A DNA stretch of 50,056 bases, from the IMG/VR virus record IMGVR_UViG_3300024518_004078, positions 1-50,056 of that record. One strand, written 5' to 3'. Position 1 is the stretch's first letter. Each line of letters opens with the position of its first letter. This document shows positions 9,248-19,042 of the stretch, piece by piece. The stretch is from a virus (taxonomy: Duplodnaviria; Caudoviricetes). The position numbers were made by a program, and so were the translations under genes. Under the pieces are notes generated by a model. The model did no database searches. It saw only the letters and a program-made list of their open reading frames with translations, and was not told where the DNA came from.

Positions 9248-9714
9248 TGTCAATCGTCCAAACACAGCAGATAATCGGGCCGGGTGGCGGAGGAGTTTTC
9301 GTCGAAAAAAACCGCACGGCGACTTTCGCAGTTGATGCTAGTTCGAATCACGGCGCATATCGCGGCCGATCGATTACGTCTAGTGGGGATCACAATTTCA
9401 CATTTGTGGTACCAGCTGAGTTTGATGCGTTAATTTCAATTGAACTTTACGGAATCCCGGAGTCGTCGTTCACGTCGCAGGATATCGACCTAGACAGTAA
9501 CTACGGGGGCCTGGGAGAAAATTACCAAACCCACGTAGAGGCCGATCACACGGGTACCTACTCCGGGGTTATTAATTCCGGGTTCAGCTTGGATCTGTCC
9601 TCGGTTTTCTCTGCCCTATCGGCCGGGGATCGGTGTGGTGTTCTGGTCGATCACAATGTGATTGGCGACACGATAAATTATTTAATGATTGTACTCAACT
9701 ACACGGTGGCATAA
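9247..9714 (+). CDS. Putative virion structural protein
   Basis: GTG start overlapping the upstream TAG; beta-sandwich-like composition. Confidence 0.6.
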   Translation: MSIVQTQQIIGPGGGGVFVEKNRTATFAVDASSNHGAYRGRSITSSGDHNFTFVVPAEFDALISIELYGIPESSFTSQDIDLDSNYGGLGENYQTHVEADHTGTYSGVINSGFSLDLSSVFSALSAGDRCGVLVDHNVIGDTINYLMIVLNYTVA

Positions 9715-9968
9715 TGGCTGAAACAACTTACACATATACACGAACACTCAAAACGGGCTATTACGATATCGGATATAACGACCCGTCCGCTACTCCAGCG
9801 AGGGTTGAGCCGGCTTTGATCGGCGAAGTGCTTGCGGCGATCAGTGTTGAGCCTCGCATGTGTTGCGACGGGACTGATTGTATGTTGATTTTTCCCGATG
9901 CCCTATCGGGCGGAGACAAAACAACCCTTGACACAGTGGTATCAGACCACAAGACGGCGGCCCCATGA
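9714..9968 (+). CDS. Hypothetical protein
   Basis: TAATG and ATGA overlaps with neighbours. Confidence 0.6.
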   Translation: MAETTYTYTRTLKTGYYDIGYNDPSATPARVEPALIGEVLAAISVEPRMCCDGTDCMLIFPDALSGGDKTTLDTVVSDHKTAAP

Positions 9969-11302
9969 AATATCCCAGGATTTTAAGCGAGCTTATCGGC
10001 CACCAATGGGCGATTTTACCAGAAGCGTTAAAGGGTATTTTGGCGGGAATAGAAAACGGGTTATCGCCCGAAGATTACAAACTTTTTCACGCGGTGTCTC
10101 AAGACGATATGTTTGCACTTACGGCCGAAGCCGGGGAGCAACCGGAGGGGACGCGATTTACTAGGATCAGTGGTGACACGGCGTTTCTATTTGTCAATGG
10201 GCCGATCATACCGCGTTCTAGTGCCATAACTGATATTTCTGGTTTGACCTCGATCAGCCAGTTGACCACCGAATGGCTAGCACTGGAAGCCGATGAGGAG
10301 ATCGTCAACATCATAGGAGTTTTTGATACTCCGGGAGGCGCCGTGGCGGGTGTTTCGGATTTCGCCGGTCTGATTGCAGCCAGCGGCAAAAACACGGTGG
10401 CGTATGTTTTCGGCAATGCCGCGAGCGCTGGGTTTTGGATCGCGTCGGCGTTTGATCATATTGTTTCTAGTGACACTGGTCTAGTTGGATCGGTGGGCGT
10501 CGTCATGTCGGTCAACATTCGCGAGGACGATCAGACGGTTGAAATTGTCTCGAATCAGTCTCCTTTTAAACGAGATAGTTTGAAGTCGAAAGCCGGAAAA
10601 GAGCGAGCGCAGACGATCGTCGATGATTTGGCGGACGTTTTTGTAAGCACGGTTGCCACCGGTCGCGGGGTGAGTAAAAAAACGGTTTTGTCGAAATTCG
10701 GTAAAGGCGGAATGCTAGTTGCCGCCCGAGCGCAAAAAGCAGGAATGATAGACGCAATTTCGACAATGCAAGGAACGATTGCACAACTAAAAAATAACGA
10801 AGACATGAGATCCGATACCGGATCTGACAATGCAAATATGTCCGCTGGCGCGGGCGAATCAATCACTATGGAGGTGAAAAAAATGAATTTGCAAGAAGCG
10901 ATCGCAGAGTCGCCGCGCATAGCCAGCGAGGTAGATAAGATCAAAGAAGAGGCTTACGCAGAGGGTGCAAAAGTGGCAGCGACAGCCGCCGCCGCAGATG
11001 CAACTGCCGCCACCGAGAGGACCAGACTTTCTGCTGAAATTTTGGTTAGCGAGGTCTACCCCAAGGCGATCAAAGAGATGGCCGCCAAGGTGCTGAATGG
11101 AAAAGTATCGGCCGACTCTCTCCAAGGTGCCGTAACCGTTTACGATGCCATGAAAGAAGACGAAAACGGGGAATCCGCCGAAGGCGAGCAATCCCCGCCG
11201 ACTCCGACACAGGGCGACGATCAGCCGTTGTCCGAAGATGGATCCGTTTCTACCGAGGCAGACGTTCAAGCGACGATCGCTCGACTGAGCGGGGAGGCAT
11301 AA
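9965..11302 (+). CDS. Head maturation protease, S49/SppA family (lambda gpC-like)
   Basis: DTPGG, AASAGFWIASA and VGSVGV S49 motifs; acidic, Ala-rich scaffold-like C-terminus. Confidence 0.92.
   Translation: MKYPRILSELIGHQWAILPEALKGILAGIENGLSPEDYKLFHAVSQDDMFALTAEAGEQPEGTRFTRISGDTAFLFVNGPIIPRSSAITDISGLTSISQLTTEWLALEADEEIVNIIGVFDTPGGAVAGVSDFAGLIAASGKNTVAYVFGNAASAGFWIASAFDHIVSSDTGLVGSVGVVMSVNIREDDQTVEIVSNQSPFKRDSLKSKAGKERAQTIVDDLADVFVSTVATGRGVSKKTVLSKFGKGGMLVAARAQKAGMIDAISTMQGTIAQLKNNEDMRSDTGSDNANMSAGAGESITMEVKKMNLQEAIAESPRIASEVDKIKEEAYAEGAKVAATAAAADATAATERTRLSAEILVSEVYPKAIKEMAAKVLNGKVSADSLQGAVTVYDAMKEDENGESAEGEQSPPTPTQGDDQPLSEDGSVSTEADVQATIARLSGEA
10883..11302 (+). CDS. Nested in-frame scaffold protein, Nu3-like
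   Basis: Strong internal RBS GGAGGTG before in-frame ATG 10883; same layout as lambda C/Nu3. Confidence 0.65.
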   Translation: MNLQEAIAESPRIASEVDKIKEEAYAEGAKVAATAAAADATAATERTRLSAEILVSEVYPKAIKEMAAKVLNGKVSADSLQGAVTVYDAMKEDENGESAEGEQSPPTPTQGDDQPLSEDGSVSTEADVQATIARLSGEA

Positions 11303-11303
11303 G

Positions 11304-11744
11304 ATGGCCGTACAAACAAGAACTGATTACACCAATAAGGCGTTTGTTCTTTCTGGCGAACCGGCCACCGATGAGGCGGCAACGCTTCTCCAGGACGCCG
11401 GACGCGGGGCCGTGGCGCTTGAGGAGTTCACCTTAATGTCTCAGGTTTCCGCCTCTGGAAAATGGGTTCCTTTTACCAATGAGGCCGCCACAAACGGCAC
11501 GCAGATTCCAGCCGGGATTATCCTTGCGACGGTTACCGGTGCCGAGCTGGTAGCCGGGGATGTTGTGGACATTCCGATTCTTGTAGGAATTGGGATCACT
11601 ATCGACGGCGGACAACTCGTTATCGAAAACTCCAAAACCCTCGCAACTGTGATCACAGATAGTACCCTCACTGTCAAAGCCGAGTTGAGGCGCCAGGGCA
11701 TTTTCACCGAATCCGTCATTGATATTGACGGCTTTGAGAACTAG
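11304..11744 (+). CDS. Head decoration protein, gpD-like
   Basis: Between protease and capsid; GKWVPF..ATNGTQIPAGII and ELRRQGI pattern. Confidence 0.75.
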   Translation: MAVQTRTDYTNKAFVLSGEPATDEAATLLQDAGRGAVALEEFTLMSQVSASGKWVPFTNEAATNGTQIPAGIILATVTGAELVAGDVVDIPILVGIGITIDGGQLVIENSKTLATVITDSTLTVKAELRRQGIFTESVIDIDGFEN

Positions 11745-11756
11745 GAAGGATTTAAA

Positions 11757-12974
11757 ATGGTAGCCTATAACACAACTCCCCTTTCCGTCGATCTGTACGG
11801 CCGCGTAATGGCGTCGTCTTTCAACGAGAAAGATATAGTCGGCGTTCCAACCGGCTTTCAAGTTTTTTTCGGACAGCCCGAGGGAAACAGTCAAACGATC
11901 TTTTCCCCCGACTCGAATGACGTCGATATCGATATCATTAGAGCCAACGAGCGCACGGCGGTACTAGTTCCGCGCAGTATACGGGGCCGAACCCTTGGCG
12001 ACACTCAAAAGGACGCCAACAACCAGCGTTTCACAAACATCAATCGCGTATTTCCTCTCTCTATTGAGGAGAGCGATTTCGCGGCCGGGCAACTGCTAAA
12101 CAGGCAGATGGGCGAAAATCCCTATGCGACGCGCACCCGTCGCGAACGGCTGCAGGCGTTGGCCGTAGATGCGCACCGTGAGCAAGTCCGGCGCGAGGTT
12201 CGACTATTTGAACGACTGGCGGCTTTGTCGATTTTAACGGGCAAGATGCCCGCAATTTTGGGTACATCCGATAGTACTCTTGAGTATGATTTCCTCAGAA
12301 ATTCGACTCACTCGGTAACTCTCGGCACCCAATGGTCGAATATTGCGGCCGATGCCCTAGGGGATATCGACGACTCATGGGATCTTATCCGTGAAGATGC
12401 CCACGTTTCCGCCGATATGATGCTTGCTGGTGAGGGTGCTTTTGAGGCGTTTCTTTTGAATACCGCCGTACTTGCGAAGGCCGACAACCGACGTTTTGAG
12501 ATGGTCATGGTCAATCAAAACATGCCGGTACCTGAGAAGTTTTCCAGGTTTATCGAAGCTGGGATGACTGCTCGCGGACGGCTCCGAACTCCTCGCGGTC
12601 ACGAAATCTGGATGTTCACTTACTCGGACGTTTACACCGCCTCCGGTGGCACGGCCACTAAGTACATGGACGACGACAAAGTTCTCATTTGTTACAGCCA
12701 AGCTCGCGCCGATCGGTATTTCGGGCCGCCTGAGTTGCTGCCCCAGGTCGAGCAACGCACCCAACTATATCAACAGCTTTTCGGCTTTGATATTACCACT
12801 CCGAATATGCCGCCCAATGTTAAAGGCGGTAGCCGAGTGATTCAACCCGGAATGTTCTACTTCGACGCATACGCAAACGCAGAGTGGACAAACGCAACAA
12901 CTCGATGCCAGACCGCGCCGATCTTTGCTACTACGCAAACCGACGCCTATGTTGTCATCGAAAACGCCATATAG
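11757..12974 (+). CDS. Major capsid protein, lambda gpE family
   Basis: 405 aa; position; DVDIDI, RLFERLAA..ILTGK, YDF.R and WSN..ADALGDI patterns. Confidence 0.88.
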   Translation: MVAYNTTPLSVDLYGRVMASSFNEKDIVGVPTGFQVFFGQPEGNSQTIFSPDSNDVDIDIIRANERTAVLVPRSIRGRTLGDTQKDANNQRFTNINRVFPLSIEESDFAAGQLLNRQMGENPYATRTRRERLQALAVDAHREQVRREVRLFERLAALSILTGKMPAILGTSDSTLEYDFLRNSTHSVTLGTQWSNIAADALGDIDDSWDLIREDAHVSADMMLAGEGAFEAFLLNTAVLAKADNRRFEMVMVNQNMPVPEKFSRFIEAGMTARGRLRTPRGHEIWMFTYSDVYTASGGTATKYMDDDKVLICYSQARADRYFGPPELLPQVEQRTQLYQQLFGFDITTPNMPPNVKGGSRVIQPGMFYFDAYANAEWTNATTRCQTAPIFATTQTDAYVVIENAI

Positions 12975-12985
12975 GAGGGCTTAAA

Positions 12986-13201
12986 ATGGGCGATGTAAAA
13001 TTATTGGAATGGACCGGATCGGGCGTCTTTAAAAAGGGGAAAAAAGATGTCTACAAAAAGGACGATTATGTCGATCCAGAAGGAATTGATCCGGATACAT
13101 TGGCAAAACTGAAAAAGGCCGGATTGCTGGTTGATCCTGATAAGGCGATTGCCAAGAAAAAGGCAGCGGCCACGAAAGCTAAATTGACGGGGAAGAAATG
13201 A
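12986..13201 (+). CDS. Small basic protein after the capsid gene
   Basis: GGAGGG RBS; Lys-rich; occupies the lambda gpFI position. Confidence 0.65.
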   Translation: MGDVKLLEWTGSGVFKKGKKDVYKKDDYVDPEGIDPDTLAKLKKAGLLVDPDKAIAKKKAAATKAKLTGKK

Positions 13202-13371
13202 AAATCCCCAAGGGTAAGGTCATGTATGTAGCCGGTGGAAGATTCGAGGAGGAGATCCCCGACGAAAAACTACCGCCCGGCTGCAAAGAGAAATTGGATC
13301 CGGAACCCGAGCCGAAACCCGATCCGAAACCCGATCCGAAACCGGACAAAACGAAGGCCGGAAAAAAATAG
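13198..13371 (+). CDS. 57-aa protein with DPKP repeats (absent from the ORF track)
   Basis: ATGA overlap; MKIPKGKVMYVAGG...DPEPEPKPDPKPDPKPDK; TAG abuts the next ATG. Confidence 0.6.
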   Translation: MKIPKGKVMYVAGGRFEEEIPDEKLPPGCKEKLDPEPEPKPDPKPDPKPDKTKAGKK

Positions 13372-13980
13372 ATGAACCTACGCGAACAAGTTGAGGCAGA
13401 TCTAGAAGTGACTCTCGAAGGCGAATGGGGTTTACCCGTCGTCCTCATTAGTCCCGACGGAGAAAAACAGGAATCTCCCGTTATTCTCTCGGCGTCCGAT
13501 CTGTCTTTTCTTGATTCGGATAGTAGTATCAACTCGGTTACGACCGACTTTAGATACTTGCGTTTAACTATTGGAGACACGATCACCGTTTCCGGATCCG
13601 CCTCGAACGATGGAACTCTAACTGTTGCAACTATATCACAAAACAAAATAACAGTTGATGAGGCCATAACGACTGAGGCGGCCGGGAGCGCGATCACTCT
13701 TGTAAACGATAGTTTGGATCTATTGGGTCAAATTATCTACGATACCCTTTCCGATAGCCCAGAGACGGGCGCGGAAATAATTGTCCACAAACCGGTTGTA
13801 ACTCTCAGACGCACGAGTTTAACCAGAATTCCCGTAGACGGTGAAAACTGGTATGTTGAAATACCTTTGAATCCTAGCCTTACTGGCACAAAGTATCCCT
13901 TTACTATGGAACGCCCTACAGAGGACGGCGGATCAATAGGGTTTATTCGTCTCTATCTCATACAGGCGGATCAGATATGA
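13372..13980 (+). CDS. Putative head-tail joining/closure protein with an inserted beta domain
   Basis: Neck position; aa 38-115 resemble the insert in baseplate J. Confidence 0.6.
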   Translation: MNLREQVEADLEVTLEGEWGLPVVLISPDGEKQESPVILSASDLSFLDSDSSINSVTTDFRYLRLTIGDTITVSGSASNDGTLTVATISQNKITVDEAITTEAAGSAITLVNDSLDLLGQIIYDTLSDSPETGAEIIVHKPVVTLRRTSLTRIPVDGENWYVEIPLNPSLTGTKYPFTMERPTEDGGSIGFIRLYLIQADQI

Positions 13981-14633
13981 CGATGAATTTCAGACTGATT
14001 AAAGCGTCGATTGTAACCATGTTGGGCGCGGCGGCGGCTGGACAATTTAGGGTTATTGGCTATCAAGAGCAGGGACAGGGCGCGACTGAGATCAAAGATC
14101 TGAATCGTTCGGTTCAGGTCTATTATAGGTCTGGCGACTTTCCGAAGTCGGCCGGATCGATAGTCGGATCGGTTACTCACGAAATGACGTTTAGTCTCGA
14201 TTTGGCGTTGTCTTCTCCTTCGAATGTGGATTTGACCGTGATGCAAAATCCAGCGTCTAGCCCGGCCGCGTTGACAGCGGCCCTTGCGGCGTTGCAAGAG
14301 TCTACCGAGTTGGCAGACGCGAGTTTCGATGAGTTCGCCGACGTCGTTTACAATATCGTCATGAACGCAGAAAATATCGATCTCGGTTGGACTAGCGAAG
14401 TCGGATCGCGTTGGATTGGAAATATAAATAAAGACGACCCCATAGAGCGCGGGGCTCTGGTCGTTCTGACTGGACAGATGAATTTGACATGTAAAATAGA
14501 CGAACAGCTTTCCGGCGAAACGCCGGTTCTGGGCGTCGCGCCTGTCCACGACATAGAATTAGAAACATATCAAACAGACAGCGAGTCAACCCCCGATGCA
14601 GAGGGTAAAGCTGGCGTATTAACAGGAGGCTAA
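13977..14633 (+). CDS. Putative tail terminator/completion protein
   Basis: Directly before the sheath gene; acidic; ATGA overlap. Confidence 0.55.
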   Translation: MTMNFRLIKASIVTMLGAAAAGQFRVIGYQEQGQGATEIKDLNRSVQVYYRSGDFPKSAGSIVGSVTHEMTFSLDLALSSPSNVDLTVMQNPASSPAALTAALAALQESTELADASFDEFADVVYNIVMNAENIDLGWTSEVGSRWIGNINKDDPIERGALVVLTGQMNLTCKIDEQLSGETPVLGVAPVHDIELETYQTDSESTPDAEGKAGVLTGG

Positions 14634-14636
14634 GGA

Positions 14637-16190
14637 ATGCCACTATCAGCAAGTAGTTTAGCTGCTGCCGTTGGATCATCGGTCGAAAACGTCCAGTTCC
14701 AATCATCGGCGGAAGTATTACCTAGGAAAATTTTAATTATCGGCACATATGATCCCGCTAAAACGGCGGTTGTTGCCGAGACGCCCGTCTTGGTAACCAA
14801 TGAGGCCGACGCCGGATCGGTTTTTGGGTTTGGTTTCATGGTGCACAGGCTGGCGATCAAGACGTTTGCCGGTGGTCTAGGTGTCGAAACTTGGATCCAA
14901 CCACAAGCGGAGACCGGCGCGCAATCTACCGGTGATATCGATTTCACAGGATCGGTTCCAACCGAAAACGGAACGATTTATCTTTATATCGCTGGCGATG
15001 CTGTTCCGGTGGATATACTGGCTACCGACACGGCCACGTCCATTGCGTTAAAAGTAAAGGACGCCATTGTGGCAAATACCGATCTACCCGTTACGGCCGC
15101 TTTGAACGTCACCCCGGAGATCGTAGACTTGACCGCCAAAAGTGAAGGTCCATGGGGCGATGATATCTCGATCACTTTCAACTGGGGAGTGGGCGAAGCT
15201 CTCCCCGATGGGGTGGTTACCGCACTCACTGCCATGACCGGCGGCACTGGTATTCCTGATATTGACGACGCACTCAACGGATTGGGGACCGGCGACGATC
15301 AGAACGAAAGTTTTTTTACGGATGTCGTCCACGGTTACGGGTCGGATACTACGACTCTCGACAAGCTCTCGGTTTATAACGGCATTGCAAACGGATTTAC
15401 CGGGAACTATGCCGAACTCGTTTCTCGACCTTTTAGGGCATTGATCGGAGACACGACCGCCGGATCCGGTGGCTTAACGGCCGTTTTGGCGTTGGGCAAC
15501 GGTCGCAAAACCGATCGAACAAACGGTATTATGTCGAATCCCGGATCACCCAACCATCCCGAGGAGATCGCCGCCATGGCGATCGGAATCATGGCGAGAA
15601 TAAACGCGAACCGCGCGGAGGAGTCTTACATAGGCCAAGTGATGGGCGGGATTATTCCCGGACTCAAAGCGGACCGGTGGACAAGTTCCTACGACTCTCG
15701 CGATACCGCCTTGAAAGCTGGCGTCTCTCCGATCAAAATTGAAAATGGCGTTTCGACCATGCAAAACGTCGCCTCGTTTTACCATCCCGATTCGGTCCCG
15801 GTGACTTCGAACGGCTATCGGTCCATGAGAAATATTTCGATTTTGCAAAACATCCTCAATAACGTGAAGGTAAATTTTTCTCAACCCAAGTGGCAGGGAA
15901 TCTCAATCGTTGCGGACGTCACGAAAGTAACCAATTCCACCGACCGAGAGAAAGCGCGAGATATTGACGCGGTGATCGATGACCTTCTAGCGCAGGCCAT
16001 TTCGTTTGAGGGGCACGCTTGGGTTTTTACGGCGGCGTTTACAGTTGCTAAACTTCAATCGGGAACAATGGTTTCTATTCGCGCCGGAGGCACCGGGTTT
16101 GATTCGACACTCCCTGTAATTCTGAGCGGCGAGGGTGGAATTTTTGACACTAATACTCAATTCGACACGTCGTTAGCCGTGTTGCTATAG
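14637..16190 (+). CDS. Contractile tail sheath, Mu gpL-like
   Basis: KILIIG, FGFGFMVH, GTIYLYIAG, DLPVTA, LTAKSEGPWGDDI and MTGGTG.PD patterns; 517 aa. Confidence 0.9.
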   Translation: MPLSASSLAAAVGSSVENVQFQSSAEVLPRKILIIGTYDPAKTAVVAETPVLVTNEADAGSVFGFGFMVHRLAIKTFAGGLGVETWIQPQAETGAQSTGDIDFTGSVPTENGTIYLYIAGDAVPVDILATDTATSIALKVKDAIVANTDLPVTAALNVTPEIVDLTAKSEGPWGDDISITFNWGVGEALPDGVVTALTAMTGGTGIPDIDDALNGLGTGDDQNESFFTDVVHGYGSDTTTLDKLSVYNGIANGFTGNYAELVSRPFRALIGDTTAGSGGLTAVLALGNGRKTDRTNGIMSNPGSPNHPEEIAAMAIGIMARINANRAEESYIGQVMGGIIPGLKADRWTSSYDSRDTALKAGVSPIKIENGVSTMQNVASFYHPDSVPVTSNGYRSMRNISILQNILNNVKVNFSQPKWQGISIVADVTKVTNSTDREKARDIDAVIDDLLAQAISFEGHAWVFTAAFTVAKLQSGTMVSIRAGGTGFDSTLPVILSGEGGIFDTNTQFDTSLAVLL

Positions 16191-16201
16191 GAGATTGAAC
16201 A

Positions 16202-16585
16202 ATGGCTAAAGATGTAGTTGGTAGTTTAAGGAAATTTACCTGGGAGGGCGTCTCGTATAACGTCGCGTTTGACACGAACGTTGCCGAAATGATCACGAGG
16301 TTCGAAAACAGTATGATTCCCTCATCTGGAAAAAACATGCGCAAGATGGTTAAGCGGGTCACCTCGCGCGAGGGTCTCGTTTTGCTCGTTAATGCAGCCG
16401 AAAAAGACCTTCTTAAAGCGGCGGCCGAGTCGCTTGATTCTGGAAGAATGGCATATACTAACGCGGCCGGGGATACCTACCGCGCGACCGGAACGATGGA
16501 GATTGAAAACAATGAAACAGAAGAGGGGCGATTGGCCGTTCAATTGCTTCCAGAGGACGACTGGACACCGTTTATTAATGCGTAA
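16202..16585 (+). CDS. Tail tube, Mu gpM-like
   Basis: 127 aa directly after the sheath; AGGAG RBS. Confidence 0.75.
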   Translation: MAKDVVGSLRKFTWEGVSYNVAFDTNVAEMITRFENSMIPSSGKNMRKMVKRVTSREGLVLLVNAAEKDLLKAAAESLDSGRMAYTNAAGDTYRATGTMEIENNETEEGRLAVQLLPEDDWTPFINA

Positions 16586-16617
16586 ACACGAACGAATAAA
16601 CACGAACGAATAAACAC
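16583..16617 (+). repeat. Tandem 14-bp repeat TAAACACGAACGAA x2.5
   Basis: Visible in the tube-chaperone intergenic gap. Confidence 0.85.
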
Positions 16618-16635
16618 TAATGAAAGGGAACAACA

Positions 16636-17064
16636 ATGTCAGAAAAATTATCAAAGGAATCAGCACAGGAACAGATTAAACTTCTGTTTGACAACTACAA
16701 TATGGACCCGGCAGACATTGAAGACGAGAAAAAAGCGAATAGTCTATTAGGTCTTAAAAACCTTTTAGAAATACTGGTCATGAACCGCCAAATCGAGGTA
16801 AAAGAAACCGACGACGGCGGAGTAATTGTAGAACAGCATCTACAGCGGCCGCCCAAGGATTTTGCCAATCCCGTGATCACATATGCGGAAATTTGCGGGA
16901 AACACAAAATCGCCATGAAGGACAACGACGAAAACGATAACTATGGAAAAATTCATTCTCTTATGGGTGCAATGTCCGGTTTGGGCGGCACGGCGATTTC
17001 TCAACTGAAAACTGTTGACATGTCTGCCATTGAAACATTGGGGGCCTATTTTTTGGCAGTGTGA
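16636..17064 (+). CDS. Tail assembly chaperone
   Basis: Between tube and tape measure; ends in slippery T TTT TTG. Confidence 0.8.
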   Translation: MSEKLSKESAQEQIKLLFDNYNMDPADIEDEKKANSLLGLKNLLEILVMNRQIEVKETDDGGVIVEQHLQRPPKDFANPVITYAEICGKHKIAMKDNDENDNYGKIHSLMGAMSGLGGTAISQLKTVDMSAIETLGAYFLAV

Positions 17065-17207
17065 TCCCACCGGTAGATCAGTGGATTGGTAATCTTTTCT
17101 ACCGTGGGGTACAGCCCAGTGAGATCGCAAAATTGAAATATCACGAGTTAAAATATTTTGATTCGTGGCACAAACTAATGTCCGAAGCGGAGAAGCCCAA
17201 AACCTAA
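17049..17207 (+). other. Programmed -1 frameshift site and chaperone extension
   Basis: T TTT TTG at 17049-17055; the -1 frame reads GSVIPPVDQWIGNLFYRGVQPSEIAKLKYHELKYFDSW... to TAA 17207. Confidence 0.75.
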
Positions 17208-19042
17208 TGCCCGATTTTGTAATAACGACGACTTTTAAGGCAGATGACAAGGTTACATTTGCGTTTAAAAAGATGACGAAAGGCGCCGATAAATTCGGTA
17301 AAAAGTCTGAGAAGTCGTTTAAGAAGGCCAGCCGCTCGGCACTTAGTTTTAAAAAGTTGGTGGGCGGAATTCTCACGGCCGGAGTGGTCCAGCGCGGTTT
17401 TAGTTTGCTGGAGCGGGGGGTCAGTGGCGTTGTAACCGAATTCGTTCAGTTTGACGATGCGATTACGGCGGCGGCTGCTAAATTCGATTTGATACCTAAG
17501 GGCACAAAAGAATTTGCAGCGCTGGAGAAGGCCGCGCGCGAGGTTGGCGCAACTACAGAATTTACGAGTACTCAAGCTGGCGAGGGGTTGCGGTTTTTGG
17601 CGAAGGCCGGTTTTGATGCTGAGTTTGCGATCAAGTCGTTAAAATCGTTTGTGGACTTATCGACCGCCTCTGAAATGGAGTTCAGCCGTGCCACCGATAT
17701 CGCCACCGATACCATGGGGGCATTCGGCCTAAACGTCGACGATACCAGTAAGAGAATGGAAAATCTCCAAATGGTCAACGACGTTTTATCCAAAGCCGTA
17801 AACATGGCAAACGTGGATTTAGAGGATTTATTTGAGACCATAAAAGGGGCAGCGCCTATCGCCAAACAGTCCGGAATTTCCATCCAGAAATTTACAGCCG
17901 TCGCAAGCTTCATAGGCGGCGCGGGAATTAAGGGATCTCTCGGCGCGACGGCGCTTAAGAATGCGATCATCAACCTTGCGGCCCCTACTCCGAAGATGAC
18001 AAAACAACTCCAAAAGTTTGGAGTGACACAGAAATTTGTCGCCAAAAACATACAGGATCCAGTCGCGGTATTAGCGAAGCTCAAAGATGGCCTTGTGGGT
18101 GTAGGCAAGGCGCAAAAGGTTGCGGCCCTTGCTACCATATTCGGAAGGCGCGCGGCGGCTGGTATGGCGATAACCATGGACGGCGGAACGAAGGCCCTTA
18201 ATAAATTTGAACAGTCGTTAATCGATTCAAAACAGCACTCTAAAAAGTTAGCCGACCTTATGCGGCAATCGCTAGGCAAAAAACTAGCGGAACTCGAATC
18301 AACCGCGATCGAAGTAGGCTTTAAATTCCTGGATGCGTTCAAAGGAGACATCCCCAAGGCCATCGACGCGGCAATAGCAGCGATACGGAAATTCGATGTC
18401 AAATCGATTATGGTCGAGGTTGAAAATGTGATAGAGGCGTTCCGTGGTTTTGATATTAACTCTTTCGTCCAAGGTATCGAAAAAGTAGTAAGGGTTACGG
18501 CCAAAGTCGTCTCAACTCTGGAAAAGATATCCCCGGCTATTGATTTTATAAATGACAAAATGTTCCCCTTTCTTAATACCGCGAAAAAGGTTTTTCTTGC
18601 GGTGGGTGGCTTCATTTTAGATGTGATCGACAATTGGGATATAATGGGCAGCTCGCTGAAAGAATCGTCTTTAGACGTCTGGCACTTCATCAAGACCGGG
18701 TTTAAAAATCTGTTCTTCGGAATATTGGGCGGTGTTCTTACACTCGGTTTGAAGGCTAAAAACATTCTACTCGGACGGGATCTGAACGCCGGGATGGATG
18801 AGTTACAGAAAAATATCGCGGGTGGAAGCTTATTCAGATCCGACGCCGAAAAGGGTTTGCCGGTGAAAGCCGAAAGAGAACTACCGGCACCCCGGCAGGC
18901 ACCCAACCAGGCGGAGATCGAGCGGAGCGAGTCGAGCGAATTCCGCGCCTTTTTAGATTTCCAGAACGCCCCCAAGGATTTGACTTTTATCGGTGCTCAG
19001 GGATCGCCCAAGGTTGAAGTAGAAGGGCTAGGGGCGCAATAG
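17207..19042 (+). CDS. Tape measure protein, TP901-type core
   Basis: AREVGATTEFTSTQAGEGLRFLAKAGF, GIKGSLGATAL and IFGRRA; TAATG start at 17207. Confidence 0.92.
   Translation: MPDFVITTTFKADDKVTFAFKKMTKGADKFGKKSEKSFKKASRSALSFKKLVGGILTAGVVQRGFSLLERGVSGVVTEFVQFDDAITAAAAKFDLIPKGTKEFAALEKAAREVGATTEFTSTQAGEGLRFLAKAGFDAEFAIKSLKSFVDLSTASEMEFSRATDIATDTMGAFGLNVDDTSKRMENLQMVNDVLSKAVNMANVDLEDLFETIKGAAPIAKQSGISIQKFTAVASFIGGAGIKGSLGATALKNAIINLAAPTPKMTKQLQKFGVTQKFVAKNIQDPVAVLAKLKDGLVGVGKAQKVAALATIFGRRAAAGMAITMDGGTKALNKFEQSLIDSKQHSKKLADLMRQSLGKKLAELESTAIEVGFKFLDAFKGDIPKAIDAAIAAIRKFDVKSIMVEVENVIEAFRGFDINSFVQGIEKVVRVTAKVVSTLEKISPAIDFINDKMFPFLNTAKKVFLAVGGFILDVIDNWDIMGSSLKESSLDVWHFIKTGFKNLFFGILGGVLTLGLKAKNILLGRDLNAGMDELQKNIAGGSLFRSDAEKGLPVKAERELPAPRQAPNQAEIERSESSEFRAFLDFQNAPKDLTFIGAQGSPKVEVEGLGAQ

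Noticed and set aside
16583-16617. Tandem repeat as a mini CRISPR array
   Set aside because: 14-bp units are directly adjacent with no spacers, and there are no cas genes
17572-18975. 467-aa antisense ORF
   Set aside because: Lies wholly opposite the tape measure gene; Ser/Phe-rich shadow with no recognisable motif
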